From assembly GCA_964187785.1 (NCBI GenBank), contig OZ076409.1, forward strand, positions 75,766,001 to 75,830,000: 64,000 bases of DNA. The letters are read 5' to 3'. The notes under the pieces were generated by a model. That model made no database searches. It was not told where the DNA came from and was given only the letters and a program-made list of their open reading frames with translations. Source of the stretch: Amphiscolops sp. MND2022 (Eukaryota). The stretch's first letter is position 1, and each line of letters opens with the position of its first letter. The position numbers and the translations under genes are program-made. Positions 52,489-64,000 of the stretch are shown here, piece by piece.

Positions 52489-53767
52489 GTGGCCGTGTCT
52501 TTTCGACGTGCTTTTGCATCGAGGAGTGGGTAGGGCCCCGCGACGACCTAGAAGAATTGGATGCTCACCGAAACGTGCAGAATTCTACGAGATCTCATAG
52601 TTTGAGCCATACGATTTTTCTGAAATTTGGCATGTGGCCTGGAATTGGTGAGTAGGTAAAACGTGTAGGAGGTAATTTTTCCCAAATTCCATTGTGAGAG
52701 GAGATATGGGCAAATAACGGACCCAAAAATGGGGAAAATGCACTTTTTTCAAGTTTGTCAGCCAATATCTCATTTCCAGGTGCCCGTAGCGTTCCGCACG
52801 TGGACATTAATATTGCTCAGCGCTGTTAGAAGAGTGCGTGGACAAATTTTGGTTCAAATCGGACTGAAACTTGGCGAGAAATTAACGGTTTTTTGGGCGT
52901 TTCCGGGGTAAATTTTTTAACGGTCCAGCTTATCTTTGCCATTTTTTCGAAAATGTACTTGCCTAAAGGCCTCCCCCTGGCCGAATTTCCTCCCAGCAAA
53001 CCCATTTGGCCCTAAATACGGAGTTTCAGCGTTCCAGCATTTCCGGGCGAAAAGTTGTGGGACTTAGAAAAATTTCAAAATTTTTCAAAAAATTTTTTTT
53101 CCGTTTTCCGCCCCCCCAGAGGGGAAAAGACCCCCCAACCAGTATTTTGAGGGATTGCATGTCGAAAGCCCTTGTTTTGACGAGAAAAATACCGTTTAGA
53201 ACATCTTTTTATTTTAACTTGACGTTGACTAATGACGTTTTGAATGTGATGTTTGGACGTGTGAGGCATGTGAAAAGTTGATGTTTTGAGTCTTTATCTC
53301 ATGTGAAAGCGATTGAGATGCAAGCTGTACTGCTCAAAACGTCTTTCGTTGTAGTTTTCCAGTGCCGCAATAACCTTTGATGTCATTTGAATATACTTTT
53401 CTTCGATATATTAACAATTTTATTGTATTTATTCCAATTTTTGTTATCTTATAACTCAAAACAGTTGAGTACATTTCATCTCCCTTTCGGGGGAGATGAG
53501 AATGTACTCGCTAAAAACCTAGTGCTATTGCGCCGCAATGATTGCAAAAGTTGTTTTTACTGCTGTTCCACAAGCATTTTTAAACTGACTTTTTTAAAAC
53601 TATTAATTAACTTAAAGTACATTACTTGAACTTACTACTAATACCACCTATCTCTAACGTCAACGCCCCCTGCTTGCATCAACGCCCCATCGTCCGTGGG
53701 CATGCCGAGGCATGCCCTTCGACGACGTATGCCAAATGCCCAGTGCCACGCAGTCTTTCCCCGCTAG
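52489..53767 (+). mobile_element. Family D unit 8 (1279 bp)
   Basis: Left arm like unit 7, different right arm. Confidence 0.72.
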
Positions 53768-55053
53768 GTGCCGGGATTTCTATTCGATAAAGTATGTGGC
53801 GCGTGTGGGTAGGGTCCCTGGCGCGCTCTTGGGTATGGTGTTCACCAGCTAGGAAATAGGGGTCGATTTTTCGGGATCTCCTAAACTAGCCACACGATTT
53901 GGCTGAAATTTGGCCCACGTACCCCCCTCGGCACGGTGAAGATGATTTCCTACTGACGTTTTTCCCGCAAAATTTTTTTTGTTGTCCAAAATAACGGTTT
54001 TTGGGGTAAAATTTTGAATTTTTTTTAAATTTCATCTTATATCTCGCCACCGGTTTACGCTAGCGCTTCAAAACCCTGCTAAAGAAAGCTTGCAAACTGT
54101 CTCAGGAATGCGGTGTGAAATTTTCAGCTCAATCGGACTTAAACTCGGGGAGATATAGCGTTTTTCCGGAGCGGGGGGGTTTCATTTTTCTAACGGTCCA
54201 GCTTATCTTTGCCATTTTTTCGAAAATGCACTCGCCTAAAGGCCTCCCCTGGCCGGTTTTATTCCCAGCAAAACCATTTGGCCCTAAATACGGAGTTTCA
54301 GCGTTCCAGCATTCCCGGGCGAAAAGTTGTGGGACTTAGAAAAGTTCAAAAATTTTCAAAAAATTTTTTTTCCGTTTTCCGCCCTCCCCCCTAGGGGAAA
54401 AGACCCCCCAACCAGTAATTTGAGTGAATTCATGTGGAAAGGCCATGTTTAGAGGAGAAAAATGCCGTTTAGAACGTCTTTTTATCTTGGCTCAACGTTG
54501 ACTTATGACGTTTTGAAGGTGATGTTTGGAGGTGTAAAGCACGTGAATAGTAAACGTTATGAGTATTTATCTGATCTGAAAGCCATTGAGATGCAATATG
54601 GTTTGCTCAAAACGTAATTCATGGCAGTTTGGCAATCAATCAACACCCTTTGTTGTCGTTTGACATATTTTTTTGTTGTTATAATAAAAAATTTTGTGTA
54701 TTTATTCATTTTTTTCTCATCAAATAACTTGAAACAGTTGAGTACATTCCATCCCCCCCTTCCGGGGGAGATGAGAATGTACTCGCAAAAAGCACCGAAC
54801 TACGGCCCTTACCTTCCCGAGCTACGCAGTATAAGGATTACATATTGGTTCCGACATTTTCATAGAGTTAAATCTTGGTAATCTGTCTGGATATGCAGAA
54901 AAATCAGCACGTGCCTTTTAATACCAAGTTGCTTACAACGACAATTATTTTATATCAACGCCCCCATATTTATCAACGCCCCCCGTCCGTGGGCATGCCG
55001 AGGCATGCCCTTCGACGACGTATACCAAGATATGTTCGAGCGCGTTAGCCTAG
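53768..55053 (+). mobile_element. Family D unit 9 (1286 bp)
   Basis: Head gtgccgggatttctattcgataaag; right arm shared with units 10 and 16. Confidence 0.72.
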
Positions 55054-56343
55054 GTGCCGGTGTTTTTTTACACAATGGGGGAAGTTGCGCGGTTGGGGAG
55101 GGTCCCTGACGCGCTTCCGTGGTATCGGGTCTTTCAACCGATGAAAACGACATAAAAAATTGGGATCTCGTAAACTAGCCATACGATTTGGCTGAAATTT
55201 GGCACACGTACCCCCCTCGGCACGGTGAAGATGATTCCCTACTGACGTTTTTCCCGCTAAACATTTTTTGTTGACCAAAATAACGGTTTTTGGGGTAAAA
55301 TTTTCAACTTTTTTTAAATTTCATCTTATATCTCGCCACGGGTTTACGCTAGCGCTTCCAAACCTTGCTGACGAAAGTTTGCAAACTGTCTCAGGAATGC
55401 GGTGTGAAATTTTCAGCTCAATCGGACTTAAACTCGAGGAGATATAGCGTTTTTCCGGAGCGGGGGGGTTTCATTTTTCTAACGGTCCAGCTTATCTTTG
55501 CCATTTTTTCGAAAATGCACTCGCCTAAAGGCCTCCCCTGGCCGGTTTATTCCCAGCAAAACCATTTGGCCCTAAATACGGAGTTTCAGCGTTCCAGCAT
55601 TCCCGGGCGAAAAGTTGTGGGACTTAGAAAATTTCAAAAATTTTCAAAAATTTTTTTTTCCGTTATTTGGGCCCCCAAAGTGGGGGAAAAGACCCCCCAA
55701 CCAGTAAAGCAAGTGAATGCATGTGCAAAGCCCTTGTTTAGAGGAGAAAAATGCCGTTTAGAACGTCTTTTTATCTTGGCTCAACGTTGACTTATGACGT
55801 TTTGAAGGTGATGTTTGGAGGTGTAAAGCACGTGAATAGTAAACGTTATGAGTATTTATCTGATCTGAAAGCCATTGAGATGCAATATGGTTTGCTCAAA
55901 ACGTAATTCATGGCAGTTTGGCAATCAATCAACACCCTTTGTTGTCGTTTGACATACTTTTTTGTTGTTATAATAAAAAATGTTGTGTATTTATTCATTT
56001 TTTTCTCATCAAATAACTTGAAACAGTTGAGTACATTCCATCCCCCCTTCCGGGGGAGATGAGAATGTACTCGCAAAAAGCACCGAACTACGGCCCTTAC
56101 CTTCCCGAGCTACGCAGTATAAGGATTACATATTGGTTCCGACATTTTCATAGAGTTAAATCTTGGTAATCTGTCTGGATATGCAGAAAAATCAGCACGT
56201 GCCTTTCAATACCAAGTTGCTTACAACGACAATTATTTTATATCAGCGCCCCCATATTTATCAACGCCCCCCGTCCGTGGGCATGCCGAGGCATGCCCTT
56301 CGACGACGTATACCAAGATATACATAAGCGCGGTAGCCGCTAG
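55054..56343 (+). mobile_element. Family D unit 10 (1290 bp)
   Basis: Head gtgccggtgtttttttacacaatgg; ends ccgCTAG. Confidence 0.72.
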
Positions 56344-57652
56344 GTGCCGGGATTTCTATTCGATAAAGTATGTGGCGCGTGTGGGTAGGGCCCCTGGCGC
56401 GCTCTTGGGTATGGTGTTCACCAGCTAGGAAATAGGGGTCGATTTTTCGGGATCTCCTAAACTAGCCATTCGATTTGGCTGAAATTTGGCACACGTACTC
56501 CCCTCGGCACGGTGAAGATGATTTCCTACTGACGTTTTGCTCGCAAAATTTTTTTTGTTGTCCAAAATAACGGTTTTTGGGGTAAAATTTTGAATTTTTT
56601 TTAAATTTTATCTTATATCTCGCCACGGGTTTACGCTAGCGCTTCAAAACCCTGCTAAAGAAAGCTTGCAAACTGTCTCAGGAATGCGGTGTGAAATTTT
56701 CAGCTCAATCGGACCTAAACTCGGGGAGATATAGCGTTTTTCCGGAGCGGGGGGGTTTCATTTTTCTAACGGTCCAGCTTATCTTTGCCATTTTTTCGAA
56801 AATGCACTCGCCTAAAGGCCTCCCCTGGCCGGTTTTATTCCCAGCAAAACCATTTGGCCCTAAATACGGAGTTTCAGCGTTCCAGCATTCCCGGGCGAAA
56901 AGTTGTGGGACTTAGAAAAATTTCAAAAATTTTCAAAATTTTTTTTTCGGTTTTCCGCCCTCCCCCCGAGGGGAAAAGACCCCCCAACCAGTAATTTGAG
57001 TGAATTTATGTGGAAAGGCCATGTTTAGACGAAAAAATTGCCGTTTAGAACGTCTTTCTATCTCAACCTGACATTGACTTATGAAGCTTTAAAGGTGATG
57101 TTTGGACGTGTGAAGCATGTAAAAAAAGGAATTTTTTTGATTTTATTTCATCAGAAAGTCATTGAATCACACGCTGTGAAGCCCAGAGCGTGGTTTCTAA
57201 TAGTTTGGTATCGTTTAAACGCATTTTGGTGTCTTTTTACTCTGTTTAAAAAACTTTTCTCCTGAAAATTAATAAATTTTGATTACTTTTCTTACTTTCC
57301 ATTAATTTTTTTTCTTATATTTTTACTTGAAACAGTTGAGTACATTCCATCTCCCTTCCCGGGGGAGATGAGAATGTACTCGCAAAAAGCCGCGAACTAC
57401 GGCCCATACCTTCCCGAGATACGCAGTATAAAGATAACATAATGGTCCAGACATTTTAATGGAGTTGTATCTTGGTAATATGTCTGGATTTGCAGAAAAA
57501 TCAGCACGTGCCATTTTATACCAAGTTGCTCGCAACGACAATTAATTTAAATCAACGCCCCCCACAAAAATCAACGCCCCCCGTCCGTGGGCATGCCGAG
57601 GCATGCCCTTCGACGACGTATGCCAAAGATATTCCCGAGCGCGTTAGCCTAG
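56344..57652 (+). mobile_element. Family D unit 11 (1309 bp)
   Basis: Head as unit 9; right arm shared with unit 15. Confidence 0.72.
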
Positions 57653-58924
57653 GTGGCCGGAAATTTTTTTTTTCATCAAAATCTTTGCCATTGGGGGAGG
57701 GGCCCCGGATGGCCAGTAGTACGGGATAGCTTCCTACCAAATCCAGATGGAAAAAACGTGATTTCGGAAACTAGCCGTCAGAATTTGCTCAAATTTTGCA
57801 TACGGCTTCCGATGACAATCCTAAGAACTAATCCCTACTGGCATTTTGCCCAAAAAACGCAAAAAGTTGGTCAAAATCTTAGTTTTTTGGTCAAAAAATA
57901 GCGTTTTTTCGAAAAAAATTTTTTTCAGAGACAATTACTCGTAACTGGTTCACCCAGCGCAAAAACGCCTAGCTGATTTATTGTTGGGCACTTCATGAGG
58001 AGTGCGTATACAAATTTTCGTCCAAATCGGATAAAAGTTGATTGAGAAATAACTGAAAATTTGAGGCATTTTTTTGGAAATTTTTGAAATCCCAGTCTAT
58101 CTCTGCCGTTTTTTGCCCAGATTTTTTTCCAGACACTCTCCTAAAGACCTCCCCTGGCCGGTTTACCTCCCAGCAAAACCATTTGGCCCTAAATACGGAG
58201 TTTCAGCATTCCAGCAAACCCCGGGTAAAAGATAAATGACTTAGAATTTTTTCGAAAAATTTTCAAAATTTTTTTTTTTCAAATTCAGGCCTCCCAAAGT
58301 AAAGAAACTTCCACACAACTAGGATTGCAAGTGATAGCATGTGGAAAGTGCTTGAATAGACGAGAATAATTAGCTATTATACGACTCTGTAGCTTAACCT
58401 GACGTTGACTTATGATAATTTTAGTGTGAGCTTCGTTTGTGCTTAAAAAATCAAAGAAACCTAAAAGTCTTTTAAAAGTAATCAGAATACGTCCAATCAA
58501 CCACAGAGCTGTTAAATTGCCGTTGTGTAGTAGAGCAACACCATTTAGAGTGTTTTGACCCATTTTGACAAGTTTTGATACAGTCTTGTTCATCCAATAG
58601 CTTAAAACAGTTGAGTACATTCCATCTCCCTCCTTGTGGGGGAGATGAGAATGTACTCGCTAAAAGTCAGGCACTATAGCGCCCATTTGTTTTATTCGAC
58701 GCTAGCGATGCTATTGCACACGAATACAATAGTTTTGTCAAATCATGTTTGACATGATGAATCTTACTATACCTTTAGTTTACGTTAACCTACTACTACA
58801 ACATCGCATCCGTAACGTCAACGCCACATACTCGCGTCAACGCCCACCGTCCGTGGGCATGCCGAGGCATGCCCTTCGACGACGTATGCCAAATAGCGCC
58901 ACAAGGCGCAAACTTGTCCGCTAG
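57653..58924 (+). mobile_element. Family D unit 12 (1272 bp)
   Basis: Same variant as unit 2. Confidence 0.72.
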
Positions 58925-60195
58925 GTGCCGGGATTACTATTCGTTCGAGTATGTGGCGCGTGTGGGTAGGGCCCCTGGCGCGCTCTTGTGTTTCGGGTTT
59001 TCCTACTCCTAAACCGCGTTCAGATTTTCGGGATCTCGTAAACTAGCCATACGATTTGGCTGAAATTTGGCACACGTACCCCCCTCGGCACGGTGAAGAT
59101 GATTTCCTACTGACGTTTTTCCCGCTAAACATTTTTTGTTGACCAAAATAACGGTTTTTGGGGTAAAATTTTCAACTTTTTTTAAATTTCATCTTATATC
59201 TCGCCACGGGTACACGCTAGCGCTTCCAAACCTTGCTGACGAAACCTTGCAAACTGTCTCAGGAATGCTGTGTGAAATTTTCAGCTCAATCGGACTTAAA
59301 CTCGGGGAGATATAGCGTTTTTCCGGAGCGGGGGGGTTTCATTTTTCTAACGGTCCAGCTTATCTTTGCCATTTTTTCGAAAATGCACTCGCCTAAAGGC
59401 CTCCCCTGGCCGGTTTTATTCCCAGCAAAACCATTTGGCCCTAAATACGGAGTTTCAGCGTTCCAGCATTCCCGGGCGAAAAGTTGTGGGACTTAGAATT
59501 TTTCAAAAATTCTCAAAAAATTTTTTTCCGTTATTTGGGCCCCCAAAGTGGGGGAAAGCACGCCCCAACCAGTAAAGCAAGTGAATGCATGTGGAAAGCC
59601 CTTGTTTAGACAAGAAAAATGGCGTTTAGAATGTCTTTTTATCTTAACTTGACATTGACTTTTGTCGTTTTGAAGGTGACCGTTAGATACAGAAAATTGA
59701 TATTTTGAGTATTTATCCCATCTGAAAGCCATTGAGATACAACATGTTTTGCTCAAAACGTGTTTCATTGCAGTTCCGCTGTCCATTGACACCCTTTGAT
59801 GTCTTTTGACGTAATTTTCTTTTCTATAATGACAATTTTTTTGTGTATTTATTCATTTTTTTCTCATCAAATAACTTGAAACAGTTGAGTACATTCCATC
59901 TCCCTTCCCGGGGGAGATGAGAATGTACTCGCTAAAGGTCAGGAACTACGGTCTATATCTTCCACAACACAAAAGCAATTGAAAATTGTTTCAGTTTGTC
60001 GCAGAAAACTTTTCTTTTTGCACTCAGAGACTCGGCAAAGTGAACGATTTTGACCCATATTGAATCTTACTTTACCACAACTCATCTCTAACGTCAACGC
60101 CCCCCACACACATCAACGCCCCCCGTCTGTGGGCATGCCGAGGCATGCCCTTCGACGACGTATAGCAAAATATATTCGAACGCGGTAGCCGCTAG
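58925..60195 (+). mobile_element. Family D unit 13 (1271 bp)
   Basis: Same variant as unit 3. Confidence 0.72.
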
Positions 60196-61460
60196 GTGCC
60201 GGGATTTCCATTCGTTCAGGGAAGATGCGCGCTGTTGGGGAGGGTCCCGGGCGCGCTCAGGTGTTTTGGGTCTTTCAACTTTCCAGAACGGGTCTGCTGG
60301 GAACGATCTCGAAAACTATCCATACGATTTGGCTGAAATTTTGCATGTGGCTCCCAATGGACATTGTAAGAACAAATCCCTACTGGCGTTTTGCTGGGAA
60401 AAATCAAAATGTTGGTCAAAAATGCAATTTTCCGACAAAATTTTTGACTTTTTTTTCTTTGACAGTCAAAATCTCGCCACAGGGTCACGCTAGCTACCCT
60501 AAACCCTGCTAATTATAATTTGCAATCTGTCTCAGGAATGCGGTGTGAAATTTTCAGGTCAATCGGACTTAAACTCAGCGACTTAGAACGATTTTTTAGG
60601 TGCATTTTTTGACATTTTTTGCATTTGCTGATTTATCTCTGCCGTTTTTTGCCCAGATTTTTTTTGAGACCCTCTCCTAAAGACCTCCCCTGGCCGGTTT
60701 ACCTCCCAGCAAAACCATTTGGCCCTAAATACGAAGTTTCAGCGTTCTAGCATTCCCGGGCGAAAAGTTGTGGGACTTAGAAAATTTTTTTGGAAACGCA
60801 AAATGTGTAAAGTCAACTTCAGGCCTCCCAAAGTCAAAGAACTTCCACACAACTAGGATTGCAAGTGGATGCATGTGGAAAGTACTGGGATAGACGAGAA
60901 AAATGAGCTATAGAACGTCTCTGTAGCTTAACCTGACGTTGACTTATGACCTTTTGAGTGTGAGCTTGCTATGCGAGAAAAAATGCAAAACATGAAAATG
61001 GAAGCAAAGTATCGTCGAAAACACATCATAAGCTGTTCAACTCATCCTAGAGCGGTTTATTTACAGTTGTTTAGTAGAGCAACACCATTCATGATCATGT
61101 GACCCATTTTTATGGGGAATGAGATTGTCTTATTCATCCGATAGCCCAAAGCAGTTGAGTACATTCCATCTCACCTCCGTGTGAGATGAGAATGTACTCG
61201 CTAAAGTCCAGGTACTACAGCCCATATTGGTTTTATGCGACGCTCTGTATGCAAACTAGCATACTTGAAATTTTTTTAGCTGATATTTTTTTAAACTGCA
61301 CTTTGACTCTGACCTGACATACTGAATATTTAGTCCTTATAACATACACATAATTAACGTCAACGCCCCATCCTTGCATCAACGCCCACCGTCCGTGGGC
61401 ATGCCGAGGCATGCCCTTCGACGACGCGCACCAAAATATTCCCCGAGCGCGTTAGCCTAG
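60196..61460 (+). mobile_element. Family D unit 14 (1265 bp), divergent variant
   Basis: D termini, core and hairpins; arms unique in this window. Confidence 0.72.
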
Positions 61461-62772
61461 GTGCCGGGATTTCTATTCGATAAAGTATGTGGCGCGCCTT
61501 GGGTAGGGTCCCTTGCGCGCTCTTGGGTATGGTGTTCACCAGCTAGGAAATAGGGGTCGATTTTTCGGGATCTCCTAAACTAGCCACACGATTTGGCTGA
61601 AATTTGGCACACGTACTCCCCTCGGCACGGTGAAGATGATTCCCTACTGACGTTTTTCCCGCAAAATTTTTTTTGTTGTCCAAAATAACGGTTTTTGGGG
61701 TAAAATTTTGAACTTTTTTTAAATTTCATCTTATATCTCGCCACGGGTTTACGCTAGCGCTTCAAAACCCTGCTAAAGAAAGCTTGCAAACTGTCTCAGG
61801 AATGCGGTGTGAAATTTTCAGCACAATCGGACTTAAACTCAAGGAGATATAGCGTTTTTCCGGAGCGGGGGGGTTTCATTTTTCTAACGGTCCAGCTTAT
61901 CTTTGCCATTTTTTCGAAAATGTACTCGCCTAAAGACCTCCCCTGGCCGGTTTTATTCCCAGCAAAACCATTTGGCCCTAAATACGGAGTTTCAGCGTTC
62001 CAGCATTCCCGGGCGAAAAGTTGTGGGACTTAGAAAAAATTCAAAAATTTTCGAAATTTTTTTTCCGTTTTCCGGCCCCTCCCCCGAGGGGAAAAGACCC
62101 CCCAACCAGTAATTTGAGTGAATTCATGTGGAAAGGCCATGTTTAGACGAAAAAATTGCCGTTTAGAACGTCTTTCTATCTCAACCTGACATTGACTTAT
62201 GAAGCTTTAAAGGTGATGTTTGGACGTGTGAAGCATGTAAAAAAAGGAATTTTTTTGATTTTATTTCATCAGAAAGTCATTGAATCACACGCTGTGAAGC
62301 CCAGAGCGTGGTTTCTAATAGTTTGGTATCGTTTAAACGCATTTTGGTGTCTTTTTACTCTGTTTAAAAAACTTTTCTCCTGAAAATTAATAAATTTTGA
62401 TTACTTTTCTTACTTTCCATTAATTTTTTTTCTTATATTTTTACTTGAAACAGTTGAGTACATTCCATCTCCCTTCCCGGGGGAGATGAGAATGTACTCG
62501 CAAAAAGCCGCGAACTACGGCCCATACCTTCTCGAGATACGCAGTATAAAGATAACATAATGGTCCAGACATTTTAATGGAGTTGTATCTTGGTAATATG
62601 TCTGGATTTGCAGAAAAATCAGCACGTGCCATTTTATACCAAGTTGCTCGCAACGACAATTAATTTAAATCAACGCCCCCCACAAAAATCAACGCCCCCC
62701 GTCCGTGGGCATGCCGAGGCATGCCCTTCGACGACATGCACCAAAATATGCCCCGAGCGCGTTAGCAGCTAG
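61461..62772 (+). mobile_element. Family D unit 15 (1312 bp)
   Basis: Same variant as unit 11. Confidence 0.72.
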
Positions 62773-64000
62773 GTGCCGGTGTCTTTTTACACAATGGGGG
62801 AAGTTGCGCGGTTGGGGAGGGTCCCTGACGCGCTTCCGTGAGATCAGGTTTTTCAACTAGTGAAATCGACAAAGAAAATTGAGATCTCGTAAACTAGCCA
62901 TACGATTTGGCTGAAATTTGGCACACGTACCCCCCTCGGCACGGTGAAGATGATTTCCTACTGACGTTTTTCCCGCTAAACATTTTTTGTTGACCAAAAT
63001 AACGGTTTTTGGGGTAAAATTTTCAACTTTTTTTAAATTTCATCTTATATCTCGCCACGGGTGCACGCTAGCGCTTCCAAACCTTGCTGACGAAAGTTTG
63101 CAAACTGTCTCAGGAATGCTGTGTGAAAATTTCAGCTCAATCGGACTTAAACTCGAGGAGATATAGCGTTTTTCTGGAGCGGGGGGGTTTCATTTTTCTA
63201 ACGGTCCAGCTTATCTTTGCCATTTTTTCGAAAATGCACTCGCCTAAAGGCCTCCCCTGGCCGGTTTTATTCCCAGCAAAACCATTTGGCCCTAAATACG
63301 GAGTTTCAGCGTTCCAGCATTCTCGGGCGAAAAGTTGTGGGACATAGAAAATTTCAAAAATTTTCAAAAATTTTTTTTTTCGTTATTTGGGCCCCCAAAG
63401 TGGGGGAAAAGACCCCCCAACCAGTAAATCAAGTGAATGCATGTGGAAAGGCCATGTTTAGACGAGAAAAATGCCGTTTAGAACGTCTTTTTATCTTGAC
63501 TCAACGTTGACTTATGACGTTTTGAAGGTGATGTTTGGAGGTGTAAAGCAAGTGAATAGTAAACGTTATGAGTATTTATCTGATCTGAAAGCCATTGAGA
63601 TGCAATATGATTGCTCAAAACGTAATTCATTGCAGTTTGGCAATCAATCAACACCCTTTGTTGTCGTTTGACATACTTTTTTGTTGTTAAAATAAAAAAT
63701 TTTGTGTATTTATTCATTTTTTTCTCATCAAATAACTTGGAACAGTTGAGTACATTCCATCCCCCCCTTCCGGGGGAGATGAGAATGTACTCGCAAAAAG
63801 CACCGAACTACGGCCCTTACCTTCCCGAGCTACGCAGTATAAGGATTACATATTGGTTCCGATATTTTCATAGAGTTATAACTTGGTAATCTGTCTGGAT
63901 ATGCCGAAAAATCAGCACGTGCCTTTTAATACCAAGTTGCTCACAACGACAATTATTTTATATCAACGCCCCCATATTTATCAACGCCCCCCGTCCGTGG
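62773..64000 (+). mobile_element. Family D unit 16, 3' end cut by window edge
   Basis: Same variant as unit 10; the window ends at the start of the terminal hairpin. Confidence 0.7.

Noticed and set aside
57395..57420. 5S rRNA-like start (ctacggcccatacc)
   Set aside because: Similarity is about 12 nt only, the rest does not follow 5S, and it is not conserved across D variants.
173..63889. The short ORFs of the supplied track as protein-coding genes
   Set aside because: All are 160 aa or less and many use non-ATG starts. They recur only because the DNA repeats, are broken by stops or frameshifts in sister copies, and several cross unit junctions. I recognise no domain.
1..64000. Autonomous transposase, Rep/helicase, tyrosine recombinase or reverse transcriptase gene
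   Set aside because: No long ORF and no recognisable catalytic motifs; any enzyme must be encoded elsewhere.
43593..64000. CRISPR array or bacterial integron
   Set aside because: The spacing is about 1.27 kb and the units are homologous to each other. There are no cas or intI genes, no cassette ORFs, and the hairpins are not bounded by attC-type RYYYAAC/GTTRRRY cores at unit boundaries.
1..64000. Assembly artefact or simple homogeneous satellite
   Set aside because: Copies carry distinct substitutions and form subtypes, and different families interleave at a precise site. Only the near-identical B1 pair and D4/D5 could be affected by assembly error.

Overview
The whole 64 kb window is AT-rich, apparently eukaryotic, non-coding repeat DNA. 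I see no credible gene, RNA gene or CRISPR array. It is a gap-free, head-to-tail array of 29 units (27 complete, 2 cut by the window edges) from four related families. A: about 4.9 kb, 7 complete plus 1 partial. B: about 1.04 kb, 4 copies in two subtypes. C: 2.19 kb, 1 copy. D: about 1.27-1.31 kb, 15 complete plus 1 partial. All 28 junctions, including those between different families (A-B, B-A, A-C, C-B, A-D), fall at the same site, CT(A/G)G|GTG, with no spacer DNA. Heterologous junctions confine the crossover to an invariant GGTG. The families share related left-end motifs, and each carries conserved hairpins, two of which show compensatory base changes. The best reading is a cassette-like array of non-autonomous mobile elements that insert at each other's junction. 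A rolling-circle (HUH) or tyrosine-recombinase mechanism is inferred, and no enzyme gene is visible here. Unit boundaries are placed by convention after CTRG. Divergence was judged by eye, not computed, and the organism cannot be identified from this window.
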